From Bacteroidales bacterium (GTDB lineage Bacteria > Bacteroidota > Bacteroidia > Bacteroidales > UBA10428), in the NCBI GenBank assembly GCA_050295515.1, contig JBNKPU010000207.1:1358-65357 (forward strand): a stretch of 64,000 bases of DNA, read 5' to 3'. Below, in pieces: positions 32,309 through 42,559 of the stretch. Made by a program: the position numbers and the translations under genes. The notes below the pieces were generated by a model. That model was not told the DNA's origin and searched no databases. It worked only from the letters and a program-made list of their open reading frames with translations. The stretch's first letter is position 1; the number at the start of each line of letters is the position of its first letter.

Positions 32309-34213
32309 TTACTTCCACTTATCTATTAGTAATTTCATTTCTTCTTTAATTTCTGCAACTGCTGTCGACTCAATTTTCACTTTTTGTTCAAGAACTTCAG
32401 TGGCTATTTTCACAACCAAATCTTTTTGCCCCATTTCATCATACAATTTTGCAAGCAGGTATAAAGGATAAAAGCGGCTTGGGATCATATAATGAGCATG
32501 CATATATGCCTGTTCGGCATTCTGATTCTCGCCTAATGCTTTGTAGCTGTCGCCCAAGGCAGTATACAGAATGGTATTCGTTAGATATTTATTGGACTTG
32601 TTGAGAACTTCAATTGCTCGCTCATGTTCTCCGGCCATTGATAAGGCTTTGCCATAGTTAATTAAAAAAGATCCATTGTGTTTTTGAACAGGATATGCTT
32701 TTTCAAATTCTTCAATGCTATCTTCGTAAAGCTCTAAATGGTAAATAATATTAGCCGAATTCCAGTCCTTATATGATCGATGCACTTTTATTAAGAATGG
32801 AAAACCTATTAACAGAACAACTGCGATACTACAAACTGGAATAAACCTGGTTAATTCAATAGTTTTTAGCTGCTTAAAACTTGTTGCTAGAAGTCCTAGC
32901 AAAAGGATGAAATTTAGTTTGACAGGTAGTATTTCATTAGGATAAGAAAAGAAAGAAAATACCAAGATGGATAAAACACCAGCTCTGGCTGCAATATTTG
33001 TAATGTTTGATTTTTCTGTCGTTTTTGTGAAGAAAAATTGAAAAACAATTAACAATGCCAACAGCAATCCAATTAGGCCTGTCTCAAAAGTAATTTTAAG
33101 AAATTCATTAAAAGCATAACTATTGTCATCAGCTACCATCTCATATTCCGAATCCGGATTATTTGCAAAAAATGAAGCTTGCCCTTCCATATATTGGGCC
33201 TTAAATGTCTCATGACCATGGCCGGTAAAAGGTTTATCGTTGACCATCCCTGCAGTTACTTTCCAGATCAACATTCTTCCGTCTGCCGAATCCTTTTTGA
33301 AATGATACATCCCCAAAAACAAACTTGTTAACTGGAGAATAAAAAAAAGAACAGCAAATACAATTTTAAATTTTGTGTTAAGATACTTAACAATAATTGT
33401 CCTGACATTGTATTTCTTGAGAACAACATAGCTCACAGATGCACCAATTGCAATCCAGGAAGCCCTTGACCGTAATGCTGGTATTATAATCAGCATTAAA
33501 GCCATTGTAACAATTGTAAAAAACTTCAACAAGTTTACCTGATCAACTTTTACCTCATTATTGGAAAACCGTTTGAGTTTTAGATTCAATATTGAAAATA
33601 ATCGCTTAATCCGTTTTGGAGTACCCTCATTATACAAAATAGGTGTTTTGAAAAGATACAGGACTAAAGCTATAGGGAATACAAAACCAAGGTAGCCAGC
33701 AAATGGTCCTGGATTAAAGAACCCCCCTGTACTATTAAAAGCACTATGATTTGAAGGGAAAATTCCATATAATTGTAACGTACCATAGGCTGCCTGGAAG
33801 GTGGCAGCAACAACCATACTAAATAAGACAAGCTTAGGCATATTTTGTTTTGATGTCCTTACGATTAAATAGATAAGAGCTAATCCAATGCTAACAAGAG
33901 TATGTAACGAGGTCCAGGCATAGTTTGCAACAAAAAACTGATTAATTAATTGGTATATAAAATAAATCGCCAAAACAACATCGAATGAACAAAGGCTGTA
34001 TCTTGCTTTTTCATGGCTAAAAAGCATTTTTAAAGCTCTCGCTATAAGAATCAGACCTAAGAAAATGAAAAAGCCAAAAGCTTTTCCAGTCTGATTTCCA
34101 TTCATAAGTTGATTGCTTTCGAAAAAGGAGATTAAAACAATTAATATTGATAGAAGTCCTTTTTCCAGCCAATCAAAGATGGTTGTAGATTTAGATATGT
34201 TTATTGTTGGCAT
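32309..34213 (-). CDS. O-antigen ligase-like (Wzy_C) polytopic membrane protein with C-terminal TPR domain
   Basis: At least 10 hydrophobic helices, an RSRASWIAIG loop typical of Wzy_C/O-antigen ligase, and C-terminal TPR-like repeats (GKALSMAGEHERAIEVL.., LGDSYKALGENQNAEQAY..). Confidence 0.75.
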   Translation of the reverse strand: MPTINISKSTTIFDWLEKGLLSILIVLISFFESNQLMNGNQTGKAFGFFIFLGLILIARALKMLFSHEKARYSLCSFDVVLAIYFIYQLINQFFVANYAWTSLHTLVSIGLALIYLIVRTSKQNMPKLVLFSMVVAATFQAAYGTLQLYGIFPSNHSAFNSTGGFFNPGPFAGYLGFVFPIALVLYLFKTPILYNEGTPKRIKRLFSILNLKLKRFSNNEVKVDQVNLLKFFTIVTMALMLIIIPALRSRASWIAIGASVSYVVLKKYNVRTIIVKYLNTKFKIVFAVLFFILQLTSLFLGMYHFKKDSADGRMLIWKVTAGMVNDKPFTGHGHETFKAQYMEGQASFFANNPDSEYEMVADDNSYAFNEFLKITFETGLIGLLLALLIVFQFFFTKTTEKSNITNIAARAGVLSILVFSFFSYPNEILPVKLNFILLLGLLATSFKQLKTIELTRFIPVCSIAVVLLIGFPFLIKVHRSYKDWNSANIIYHLELYEDSIEEFEKAYPVQKHNGSFLINYGKALSMAGEHERAIEVLNKSNKYLTNTILYTALGDSYKALGENQNAEQAYMHAHYMIPSRFYPLYLLAKLYDEMGQKDLVVKIATEVLEQKVKIESTAVAEIKEEMKLLIDKWK

Positions 34214-34216
34214 TAC

Positions 34217-35701
34217 CTAATATTCAAACAATTCTTTATCAAATAACTCTTCCAGCGATTTATTCTTGTTAAAATCGTACATCGTAAGTTTTCGAATGGT
34301 ATAAAAATAGTTCCAGAATTTATTCAATTCATTAACATAAGATTTTAGGGCAAAGTCCTTTTTATTCTGTTGTATAACCAGGTTGTTAACATCTATACTG
34401 CCTTTAATGAATCGTTCTTTGTAAATAGTGTAACTCTCTTCGGCTATAAGAGACGCTTCTTTTGAGCTTTTGACTATTTTTGACTGTAAATTAAAGTCAT
34501 TGATCATACGAATAATTTCTTGTTCGTATTTTTGCCTTTCCTGCTCATTGGATATTATTAAAGCATCTCTTTCATTTTGAGCAATATAATACCTGCTTTT
34601 TCTTTCCCCCCAATCCAGTAAAGGAATTGATATTGTTGCAGCAAGGTATTGCTGTTCACTTGGATTTCTATAAGCATTTGGCAATTCGCTCGCGTTTTGG
34701 TTAAATCCCATACTGGCATCAATTGAAGCATTAAACCGGCTGGCTTTGTAGGTGTTTTCTACTTGCTTATTTGCTTCAATAGCATTGTATTCAAGATTTA
34801 GGTAAAAGGGATTGTTGTTTTTTGCTAATTTCAAGGCTTTGAGTGGATTAATTTGGAAATCAGGAAGCCCTTCAGGTAAAACTATTTCAGTTGGTATTGT
34901 GCTTTTAATTCTTAAAAAAATAGCCAAAGCATCCCTATATTCAGCATAGTCACTTTGTGCCTGAATTAAATTATTTTTAGCGTTTACCCATTCGAGTTTT
35001 AGTACCAATAAGTCACCCTTGTCGATTGAAGCTAACAAAAAGCGTTGTTGGCCAATTTTATACAAGGTATCTGCTGTAGCATAATTACTTCTCGCATTGA
35101 TTATTTCCAATTCGGCCATTGCTAAATTAAAAAAGTAACCCAATACTGTCAGGTTAATATTTTCGCGGGACTGAACAAACTCTTTTTTGGCAATTTCAAA
35201 TTTCAAGGGTTCTGTTTTCCGAAGCCATTTAAAATTATTAAAACCAAAAATAGGCTGGCTATATCCAAGTGTAAACCAGGTTGCATTATAATTAATGTTT
35301 GATCGCGGTTCAATATTTTCAAACCGGGCAAGATTTGATTTAATATACATAGATCCGCCTGTTAAAGGAATATTCTGCCTGACTGATAAATTCCCACTCG
35401 AAGAAAAGGTTTCAAGAGGGATATAACTAAACGATGAATCGACAAACTGTGAAGTAATGCTTCGGTTGTAACTTGCAGGTGTTGCATTCAGGGTAATGCT
35501 GGGTAATTTGGAGGCTTTATAGTTTCTATAGCCCCAATATTTAGAAAGGTAAAGGTTGCGTGACCGAAATGCCTGTAAAGAACTGTCGTTGGCTATTTGC
35601 ATAGCCTCTTCTAAAGTCAGGTGCAAGGTATCTCCTTGGGTATTTGCCCTGCAATTGAAGAGTATTAATAATATTATTGTTGTAATACTATAACGTATCA
35701 T
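34217..35701 (-). CDS. TolC-family outer-membrane efflux protein
   Basis: Signal peptide and two repeated coiled-coil/OEP halves. It overlaps the upstream RND gene by 14 nt. Confidence 0.85.
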   Translation of the reverse strand: MIRYSITTIILLILFNCRANTQGDTLHLTLEEAMQIANDSSLQAFRSRNLYLSKYWGYRNYKASKLPSITLNATPASYNRSITSQFVDSSFSYIPLETFSSSGNLSVRQNIPLTGGSMYIKSNLARFENIEPRSNINYNATWFTLGYSQPIFGFNNFKWLRKTEPLKFEIAKKEFVQSRENINLTVLGYFFNLAMAELEIINARSNYATADTLYKIGQQRFLLASIDKGDLLVLKLEWVNAKNNLIQAQSDYAEYRDALAIFLRIKSTIPTEIVLPEGLPDFQINPLKALKLAKNNNPFYLNLEYNAIEANKQVENTYKASRFNASIDASMGFNQNASELPNAYRNPSEQQYLAATISIPLLDWGERKSRYYIAQNERDALIISNEQERQKYEQEIIRMINDFNLQSKIVKSSKEASLIAEESYTIYKERFIKGSIDVNNLVIQQNKKDFALKSYVNELNKFWNYFYTIRKLTMYDFNKNKSLEELFDKELFEY

Positions 35702-38700
35702 ATTTTGTTTTTTTTTCTGATTTCTGATAAATAAACCAATATAAAAGGGGTATAAAATATAAGCTCACCAGTGTGCCAACCCCTAAGCCTCCAACAATGG
35801 CTAATGCCAATGGGCGTTGAAGTTCAATTCCCATCGAATGGCCAAAAAACACGGGTGTAAGAGCAAGAATTGTGGTTAAGCTTGTCATGATTATGGGGCG
35901 CAGGCGTCTTTTTCCGCCTTCATGAATTGCATCCATAATGCTATATCCTTCTAATCGACGAAGTCTGTTGATGGTATCTATTTTTAGAATGGAATCGTTG
36001 ATTATTATACCTGTCATAACGATAATGCCGATGGCAGACATAATATTGAGACTACTGCCAAAAAGTTTAAGTAGCAATAAAGTTCCTGCTATGTCTATTG
36101 GAATTTCAAGTAAAACAATAATAGGCTGTGTAAGGGATTCAAACTGGGCCGCCAGTATAAAATACAACAACATAACCGAGATTAAAAGAATGATTGAAAG
36201 CTCCTTCATTAACCGATTGTTCTCGTAAACCTGACCTTTAAAGCCAAATTTCACTTCGGGAAAGCTTGTTCTCAAAATTCGACTTATATGTTTTTCCAGT
36301 TTGTTAATGTTTTTATTACCCGGCACATATTGTAAAGGAACATATTCACCTTCTGCTGCTGCCACTATCTGGTAGGGCTGAGTTGCTTTTTCCTTGGCCA
36401 GAAATGTCTTTAAGGGTATATCCCTTTTGTCTTTGTCCTTAATCGTTTCAAAACTGATGATTTCATCGAGGGTTTTGGCTTTTTCAGTTATTACTACAGG
36501 AATTTGTTGGTTAAATGCTGTATAAAATCCTATATGGTGATTCTTCAGTTTTGTCCTTAGATTGTTAATGAACCTGGAAGGTGTTATACCATATAGATTG
36601 AGTTTTACGGCATCGTAATGAAGCACAATAAAATCATTTTCTTTGATTTTATTGATAGCTTGATAACCAGTATGCAATTGAATGCTATCCCTGACCTGCC
36701 TGATCAGTTCAAGATCTATGGCATTATCGTTTTCGTTAGATAGCCGCAATTCAAAATCTGCACCATTGTTCATGAAGGTTTTCTCAAACAGGTTGGAGTT
36801 GGGCAACTTTGAAATTTCAGCTAAAGGGTAATTCAATAGAAAATACTCTTTTGTCTCTTTGATGATAGAATCCAATTTGTCTTTTTGCCCGGCTTTCAAC
36901 CATAGATGTGTAACATTCAGACCTTCGGAAAACTCCCGCACCAAAATATATTGTTGGTTTCCGATCCATGCATCGACTTTTATCCCCGCTGATTTGTACA
37001 AATCCACCAGTTTTGAAATACGTCCCCTTCCAGCTTCCAGGTTAATATTTTCATTCCATTCAATTTTAAGAATGGCTTCATCCTGGGTAAGTACTGGAAA
37101 TGTTTCCTTTGTAATCCACTTGTAAAGTGGGAATATTGAAACTGCGGCAGCAAAAAAAACGACCAGGAACAATCTCTTATACCTAAATACAAAATCGAAT
37201 CCTTTTTTATAGGCTCCTGTTAAGGGAATTAATTCTTTGCGTCTGTAGTTTTTCTTCCTTTTCCTAACCTTCTTTCTACTGAAAAACAACAAATATAAAG
37301 TTGGCAAAAGGGTTATCGATACCCAAAACGATACCCCCAGTCCAATACTTACAGTAATAGCTTGCTCAATAAACAGCGTGCCGGCCATTCCACTTAAAAA
37401 GACAAGGGGGATAAAAACAGCACATGTTGTAAGTGCTGAACTCAGCAAAGGCCTTATAACTTCGTTGGTTGCATCAATGACAGCAATATTGGTCTTTTCA
37501 CCACGTTCGCGAAATTGAGTTATGTTATCTATGACTATAATGGAGTTATCAATCATCATCCCCACGGCAAGGATAACACCAGATAGAGAAATAATATTTA
37601 ATGAAATATTAAATAGCTTAAAAAACAGGAAAGAGACAATAATTGAGACCGGTAGAATCAGCCCCATAATTAAGGGCAAGCGGATATCGGAGAGAAATGC
37701 AAAGATGATAAGAAACGCCAACACCGCCCCCAGAAAAAGACTTTGTTTTAATCCATTGATAGAATAGTCGAGCAAGGCTATCTGATCCCTGGCAATAGCT
37801 ATTGTTATTCTTGGGTTTTCATTTCGTAAATGATACAAAGCCCCATCGAGACTTTTTTTCAGGTCGGCAATTTTAGCATCAGATTGTTTAATAACTGCTA
37901 ATGATAAAGCCGTCTGATTTCCTGTAAGGAAAATTCCGTTTTTGTCACCTTCATCCAGATTGATTTCAGCAAGCTCACCTAAAGTAAAAATACGGTTTCC
38001 AACAGTAATGGGCAACAGCCTTAGCTCCTCTATTCCTGCTTGTTTGTTTGAAAGACGAACCGAATAATTATAATATCCTTCATTAACTTTAACGACACCC
38101 ATTTCTAGGTTGTTTTGTTCAAAGGCTGTTTGGAAATGGTAAGGCTCGATGCCAATTGATTTTACTTTTTCTGCAATTGGACTTATCTTTATCTGAGGCT
38201 CAACTACTCCGGTAATATCTACCATGGCAACTTCCTTTAACTGTTCCAAGCGCCTGCGGACGACATTGGTTGCATATTCACTTAAAACAACCATGTCACT
38301 CTCATTGACAGTGTCTGTGTAATACAAATTCAGATAGAAAGCAGGAACATCTGTAGCACTGGCTTTATAAACCCTCGGACGACTAGTACCTTCAGGAAGT
38401 GAGTTCATTGCCCGGTCAATTTTCTCATTGACATCAATTGCTGCAATACCAGTGTTGGTACCATATTCAAATTGTAAGGTAATTGTACTGCTTCCATCTT
38501 TGCTTATCGACTCAATATCTTTTAATGAATTGCATTGCATTAAATAGCGCCGCAATCGGTTTGTAACAAGTTTTTCCATTTCCTGTACACCAAATTCCCG
38601 GTTCTCCACCTGAACTGTTACAACCGGAATAGGCACATCGGGCAGCATAGAAACCGGAAGGCTTTTAAATGCTACAATACCAACAAACAAAAATGCCAGG

Positions 38701-38747
38701 AAAGTAATGCAAACTGCTATGGGACGATGTATAAGAAATTTTACCAT
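35688..38747 (-). CDS. Efflux RND transporter permease subunit (AcrB family), copy 2
   Basis: 1019 aa with a 12-TM pattern and two large periplasmic loops. Conserved MMIDNSIIVIDNI and IINDSILKIDTI TM4/TM10-type motifs. Confidence 0.92.
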   Translation of the reverse strand: MVKFLIHRPIAVCITFLAFLFVGIVAFKSLPVSMLPDVPIPVVTVQVENREFGVQEMEKLVTNRLRRYLMQCNSLKDIESISKDGSSTITLQFEYGTNTGIAAIDVNEKIDRAMNSLPEGTSRPRVYKASATDVPAFYLNLYYTDTVNESDMVVLSEYATNVVRRRLEQLKEVAMVDITGVVEPQIKISPIAEKVKSIGIEPYHFQTAFEQNNLEMGVVKVNEGYYNYSVRLSNKQAGIEELRLLPITVGNRIFTLGELAEINLDEGDKNGIFLTGNQTALSLAVIKQSDAKIADLKKSLDGALYHLRNENPRITIAIARDQIALLDYSINGLKQSLFLGAVLAFLIIFAFLSDIRLPLIMGLILPVSIIVSFLFFKLFNISLNIISLSGVILAVGMMIDNSIIVIDNITQFRERGEKTNIAVIDATNEVIRPLLSSALTTCAVFIPLVFLSGMAGTLFIEQAITVSIGLGVSFWVSITLLPTLYLLFFSRKKVRKRKKNYRRKELIPLTGAYKKGFDFVFRYKRLFLVVFFAAAVSIFPLYKWITKETFPVLTQDEAILKIEWNENINLEAGRGRISKLVDLYKSAGIKVDAWIGNQQYILVREFSEGLNVTHLWLKAGQKDKLDSIIKETKEYFLLNYPLAEISKLPNSNLFEKTFMNNGADFELRLSNENDNAIDLELIRQVRDSIQLHTGYQAINKIKENDFIVLHYDAVKLNLYGITPSRFINNLRTKLKNHHIGFYTAFNQQIPVVITEKAKTLDEIISFETIKDKDKRDIPLKTFLAKEKATQPYQIVAAAEGEYVPLQYVPGNKNINKLEKHISRILRTSFPEVKFGFKGQVYENNRLMKELSIILLISVMLLYFILAAQFESLTQPIIVLLEIPIDIAGTLLLLKLFGSSLNIMSAIGIIVMTGIIINDSILKIDTINRLRRLEGYSIMDAIHEGGKRRLRPIIMTSLTTILALTPVFFGHSMGIELQRPLALAIVGGLGVGTLVSLYFIPLLYWFIYQKSEKKTKYDTL

Positions 38748-38750
38748 GTT

Positions 38751-38838
38751 TTATCAATGTTCAGTTATCAATTTGTAATGTTCAATTATCAAAATGCAAT
38801 TACTTACTACTAATTATTAATTGTTATTTGTTAATTGC
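38751..38838. repeat. Period-7 tandem repeat array (12 units)
   Basis: Plus strand reads TTATCAA TGTTCAG TTATCAA TTTGTAA TGTTCAA TTATCAA AATGCAA TTACTTA CTACTAA TTATTAA TTGTTAT TTGTTAA. Confidence 0.6.
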
Positions 38839-38872
38839 TCTTTGATTTATTTACTATCACATAAAGGATTCT

Positions 38873-39181
38873 TTATAATTCATCACAATCGGCTATCAAT
38901 TTATTGTAATCTCTATCTTTGATCAATTCTGTTTCATTTAGCAATCTTAACCAATAGTGCGTTTCTCTGGCTTCTTTGTATGAAATAGACATTTTAGCTG
39001 CGAAATCTTTTTTCGAATACCCACTAATAGCTTCTTCAATATTTGCTCCAATAGAAGTTCCACTTCTTAAGATTTGCTTGGATAGTGCATACTCCTTATG
39101 ATCTTTAATTATGCCCTTGTACAAATTCACAATATCCCCAGCTAAATCAAAACTTTTACTTTGTATTAAGTTTTCCTTCAT
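38873..39181 (-). CDS. Four-helix-bundle protein (23S rRNA intervening-sequence protein family)
   Basis: 102 aa with QILRSGTSIGANIEEA and ARETHYWLRLL motifs characteristic of TIGR02436/PF05635. Inserted inside the efflux operon. Confidence 0.8.
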   Translation of the reverse strand: MKENLIQSKSFDLAGDIVNLYKGIIKDHKEYALSKQILRSGTSIGANIEEAISGYSKKDFAAKMSISYKEARETHYWLRLLNETELIKDRDYNKLIADCDEL

Positions 39182-39385
39182 TGAATTAATTGTTAATAGA
39201 TAACTATTAATAAAAACTATCTATCACACATTACTAATTGTCCATTACGTTGAGTATATGTAAAGTAGGCTATTGCGGGCTTCAAACTTATCAAACCGTG
39301 ATGAAGTTGAAGCAGGCTACAACCCTTAAATTTACTACTATCACGCCTATTTTGCATATACATTGTTAGCGGTAGTTCATAGTCC

Positions 39386-40000
39386 TTAATTATTAGATTT
39401 CCAAATATTTTCCTTTTGTCTTATTATTGCTGAATAATAAATTTTCGATAACTCTGGAAGATCAAAATCAGGAAGAAAAAAATGCTTTACTTTCATAGTA
39501 GAATCCATCAAAAAAATATAAGTCCCTTCACTTTTTTGTTCAAAAGGCAAACCTAAATTTGAACATGAATAAATTGCAAAAGGTATATTATTTATTTGTT
39601 TAAAAACTTCAAGTTTCCTTGCACTATTATGGGTTGTAAGGACCATAATATTTTTATATAGTGTGCTGTCAACTGATTCTTTTATTCGAATCAGTTCCTC
39701 CTCAACACACATACCACAACCCTTTTCTGAACTACGTATTACAATTTTAAATTCAGAATTAAACAATGAGGATAATGGTTGCTTTAAACCTGAAATATTA
39801 GTAACCATTAAATCGGGATCAATATAAATTGATTCATTTGATATTGATTCAAAGAATAATTCATACAACTTATTATCCAAAAGTTTATTTATTTCCTGTT
39901 CTTTTTGACATAGTTGTTGATTGTGATTTAGAACAAGATATTTAACGCAAATAAAAGCATTTAAGAAAAGAAGTATTAAAATAATTATATTTCGTTTCAT
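39386..40000 (-). CDS. Cassette A: membrane-anchored thioredoxin-fold CxxC protein
   Basis: N-terminal TM anchor. FKIVIRSSEKGCGMCVEEEL is a beta-strand-CxxC-helix arrangement. Paralogous in layout to 47045-47638 and 53454-54098. Confidence 0.65.
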   Translation of the reverse strand: MKRNIIILILLFLNAFICVKYLVLNHNQQLCQKEQEINKLLDNKLYELFFESISNESIYIDPDLMVTNISGLKQPLSSLFNSEFKIVIRSSEKGCGMCVEEELIRIKESVDSTLYKNIMVLTTHNSARKLEVFKQINNIPFAIYSCSNLGLPFEQKSEGTYIFLMDSTMKVKHFFLPDFDLPELSKIYYSAIIRQKENIWKSNN

Positions 40001-40009
40001 ACAACAATG

Positions 40010-41278
40010 TTAAAATGTTTTTAGGGTTTTAATAATTAATATCGGGTTATCAGTTGGTTTTATCTTATGCAATTTTGCAATATCTTCATGAGAATAATTG
40101 AATTTTAAAGAGTCAATGTAATTTGTAATTTCTTTTTTATTAAATGAAATACTCAAATTATTGAAAATTGCTTTTGTACTTTCTTTTAACAAGGACGAAT
40201 TAAAGGGATAGACAATCATATCTTGTAATGCATCAATATTATAGGGATCAAAATAACTAATAACATAATTATCAGAACAATAACACAACATTCCTGATAA
40301 AATACCTTCTATATCATTTAGCCAAAAATTATAAGACTTAAAAGTATGTGATTGTTTCGAATAAAAACCGTTGTAAACTTTGCCTTTAAAAACGTAATTT
40401 AAGTTCAAATATCTTGATGTTTCATAGAAACTACTTAAATATGCATACTGTGATTTTCGCAGGTTCTTTTTAAATTCTTTAATTCCTTGTTTAAAAAAAT
40501 CATTAGGGATAGTAAAATCCTGAAAATCTATTGAATACTTACATTTTAATGTATCATTATTTATTGAATATATTTTATTTGAGTATCCAGGAGAAATTAA
40601 AACTTCGCCTTGGCATTTATTAAAAAAATGAAATCCGCCTTTACTAGGTTCATCTGTTGTATAATAATTTAATGCTTTATATACTACTCTACCTCTATTA
40701 TCAATAATTAAAAAATTAAAATCAGTATTACTTATCTGCTTGAGTCCTAAATCTAGATACAAAGCATATCTATTTTCATCTAAAATTTCAAAGGATTTAA
40801 TGTAATAATCGAGTCTCAATGATCTTTTATGTTCACCATTAAAATCATAAAAAAGAATTTTTTTAAAAGTATTACACCATATTGCCACTTCCTTATTTAA
40901 AGGATCAACAACCATATCATTGGGTTCGTCATACTCACCGGGTCCCTTTCCGAGCATTCCTATTTTATGTATGAATTTTCCATATATATCGAAAACCAAA
41001 ACAGTTTTACTTTGTACTTGATCTAGAATAAATATTTTATTATCACAAAATTGTAATTTATCAATTCTTCCTATTAATGATTGATCGCTAGATTCTAAAT
41101 TTACTATTCTTACACTATCAAAAATTTCAGAATAACCTCCAAGTTTTAATTCCTCTATATTTACAATTGGAATGTTAATACAATTCCTATCGTCAACATA
41201 ACCGTTTTTCGTTGTACACGAGACAAAGCAAAACGTTAAAAAAAATAATTGTATTATATTTTTCATTTTTGCATACAT
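40010..41278 (-). CDS. Cassette A: 6-bladed beta-propeller lipoprotein (DUF5128/BF3164-like)
   Basis: Lipobox FCFVSC, GKGPGEY motif, KIFILD...VLVFD..GKF, C-terminal DNPILII. The track start at 41311 would run through the hairpin/T-run at 41285-41309, so the ATG at 41278 or 41266 is preferred. Confidence 0.75.
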   Translation of the reverse strand: MYAKMKNIIQLFFLTFCFVSCTTKNGYVDDRNCINIPIVNIEELKLGGYSEIFDSVRIVNLESSDQSLIGRIDKLQFCDNKIFILDQVQSKTVLVFDIYGKFIHKIGMLGKGPGEYDEPNDMVVDPLNKEVAIWCNTFKKILFYDFNGEHKRSLRLDYYIKSFEILDENRYALYLDLGLKQISNTDFNFLIIDNRGRVVYKALNYYTTDEPSKGGFHFFNKCQGEVLISPGYSNKIYSINNDTLKCKYSIDFQDFTIPNDFFKQGIKEFKKNLRKSQYAYLSSFYETSRYLNLNYVFKGKVYNGFYSKQSHTFKSYNFWLNDIEGILSGMLCYCSDNYVISYFDPYNIDALQDMIVYPFNSSLLKESTKAIFNNLSISFNKKEITNYIDSLKFNYSHEDIAKLHKIKPTDNPILIIKTLKTF

Positions 41279-41284
41279 TTTTTT

Positions 41285-41309
41285 AAAAAAAGAAGAGGTC
41301 TGTGACCTC
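41285..41309 (-). terminator. Hairpin plus U-run directly after peptide A (attenuator-like)
   Basis: Minus strand reads GAGGTC-ACA-GACCTC followed by TTCTTTTTTT, 12 nt after the peptide A stop. Confidence 0.55.
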
Positions 41310-41320
41310 ATCTTTAATTA

Positions 41321-41632
41321 CTAAAGGGCATCACATTTTACGTCACATTCGCTTGAATTACAAGTTCCAGACTCTGATGTTTTACAATGATAATAAGTAC
41401 CTTCCTCAGTAACAGTATAGACTCCAATACTATAACTTACAGAGCATTTATCTGATCCACAGGTTTTTCCAGATGGACCTTGCCCACTTTCCCCTGGGGC
41501 AGCCATTGCGTACTTCAATTCAAACAAAGAAGCAAAAGTATTATTACTTTTTTGACTTGAAACTTTATAGTTTATAGCTACAAGTGTAATCAGGCATATT
41601 GCAATGCCAATAATTTTCGTCATGTTTTTCAT
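41321..41632 (-). CDS. Cassette A: small secreted Cys-rich peptide precursor (NVEALA-like leader)
   Basis: 103 aa: N-terminal TM/signal, leader ..SLFELKYAMA|APGESG, then a six-Cys C-terminal region TCGSDKCSV...YYHCKTSESGTCNSSECDVKCDAL. Confidence 0.7.
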   Translation of the reverse strand: MKNMTKIIGIAICLITLVAINYKVSSQKSNNTFASLFELKYAMAAPGESGQGPSGKTCGSDKCSVSYSIGVYTVTEEGTYYHCKTSESGTCNSSECDVKCDAL

Positions 41633-41805
41633 AATAATTTTAATTTTTAATAATTTGAAATATGATTTAATACTTTAATTAACAGCTCCATATAAAGCGT
41701 GCAAAATCATTTTTAATTTTAATTTTTAATAAATACCTCCTTTCTAATTTTATAATAATTTCACATTAAAAAATGTAGATGATTTAGATAGATATATGGG
41801 ATCAA

Positions 41806-42021
41806 TCAACTATTCATAAAATCCTTAAAACTTTTCCGTGATATTACTTTTATTACAAACAACAATATTGATATAATAAGAAATGATGCTCCAATAATCA
41901 AAAGTAATTTTGAATCTGAATAGTGAATAATTTTTAAGGTTGCCCCTAATAGAAATATCAAAAAAGATATTAATCCTAAAATCACAATGTGTTTTACTTT
42001 CATTTTATTTTTATTAGACAT
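41806..42021 (-). CDS. Small two-TM membrane protein
   Basis: 71-aa ORF with two hydrophobic helices, flanked by period-7 repeats. Confidence 0.45.
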   Translation of the reverse strand: MSNKNKMKVKHIVILGLISFLIFLLGATLKIIHYSDSKLLLIIGASFLIISILLFVIKVISRKSFKDFMNS

Positions 42022-42057
42022 TTAAATATTTGTTACTTGAACTTTCATGTTTAGCAG

Positions 42058-42106
42058 AATTACCGCTAACTAATTGCTAACTACTAATTACTAATTGTTA
42101 ATTGTC
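42058..42106. repeat. Period-7 tandem repeat array (7 units)
   Basis: AATTACC GCTAACT AATTGCT AACTACT AATTACT AATTGTT AATTGTC. It overlaps the last codons (..TINN*) of the 122-aa ORF. Confidence 0.6.
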
Positions 42107-42459
42107 TTTCTAGCCGCTTTAAAACCAATTCCAACAAATATTAAAATCACTCCGAAGGTTAGGTACTCCCAACTCTCTCCGCGAATGCTTGTATAACTGG
42201 CTTTTTTAAAAAATATATAAAGAAGATTTCCAATAACAAATCCAATTCCGGTAAAAAAACACAACTTATTTAAAATACCGAGTAAATCAGTTATCTGAGG
42301 ATTTTTAGTTAGATTCTCCTTTTTAATGAATTTATCCCTGAAAAAATTCACAACCATAATAAATCCATAAATCAGGATAATTGCAAAGAAAATTTTAAGA
42401 AAAGTTTCTATGTAAATACTCCCTATGCCTGTACTTATATTAAAAGTTTGATTTTCCAT
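42091..42459 (-). CDS. Small polytopic membrane protein
   Basis: 122-aa ORF with about 4 hydrophobic helices. Its C-terminal codons are encoded by the heptamer array. Confidence 0.5.
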   Translation of the reverse strand: MENQTFNISTGIGSIYIETFLKIFFAIILIYGFIMVVNFFRDKFIKKENLTKNPQITDLLGILNKLCFFTGIGFVIGNLLYIFFKKASYTSIRGESWEYLTFGVILIFVGIGFKAARKTINN

Positions 42460-42468
42460 AGTTTGTTT

Positions 42469-42559
42469 TAATTATCGATGTTCAATGATCAATTACTAAC
42501 TACTAATTGCAAATTACTAATTACTCATCATTCATTATTAATTGTTAATTGTTAATTGT
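42469..42559. repeat. Period-7 tandem repeat array (13 units)
   Basis: Minus strand reads ACAATTA x3, ATAATGA ATGATGA GTAATTA GTAATTT GCAATTA GTAGTTA GTAATTG ATCATTG AACATCG ATAATTA. It fills most of the spacer between the adaptor gene and the 122-aa ORF. Confidence 0.7.
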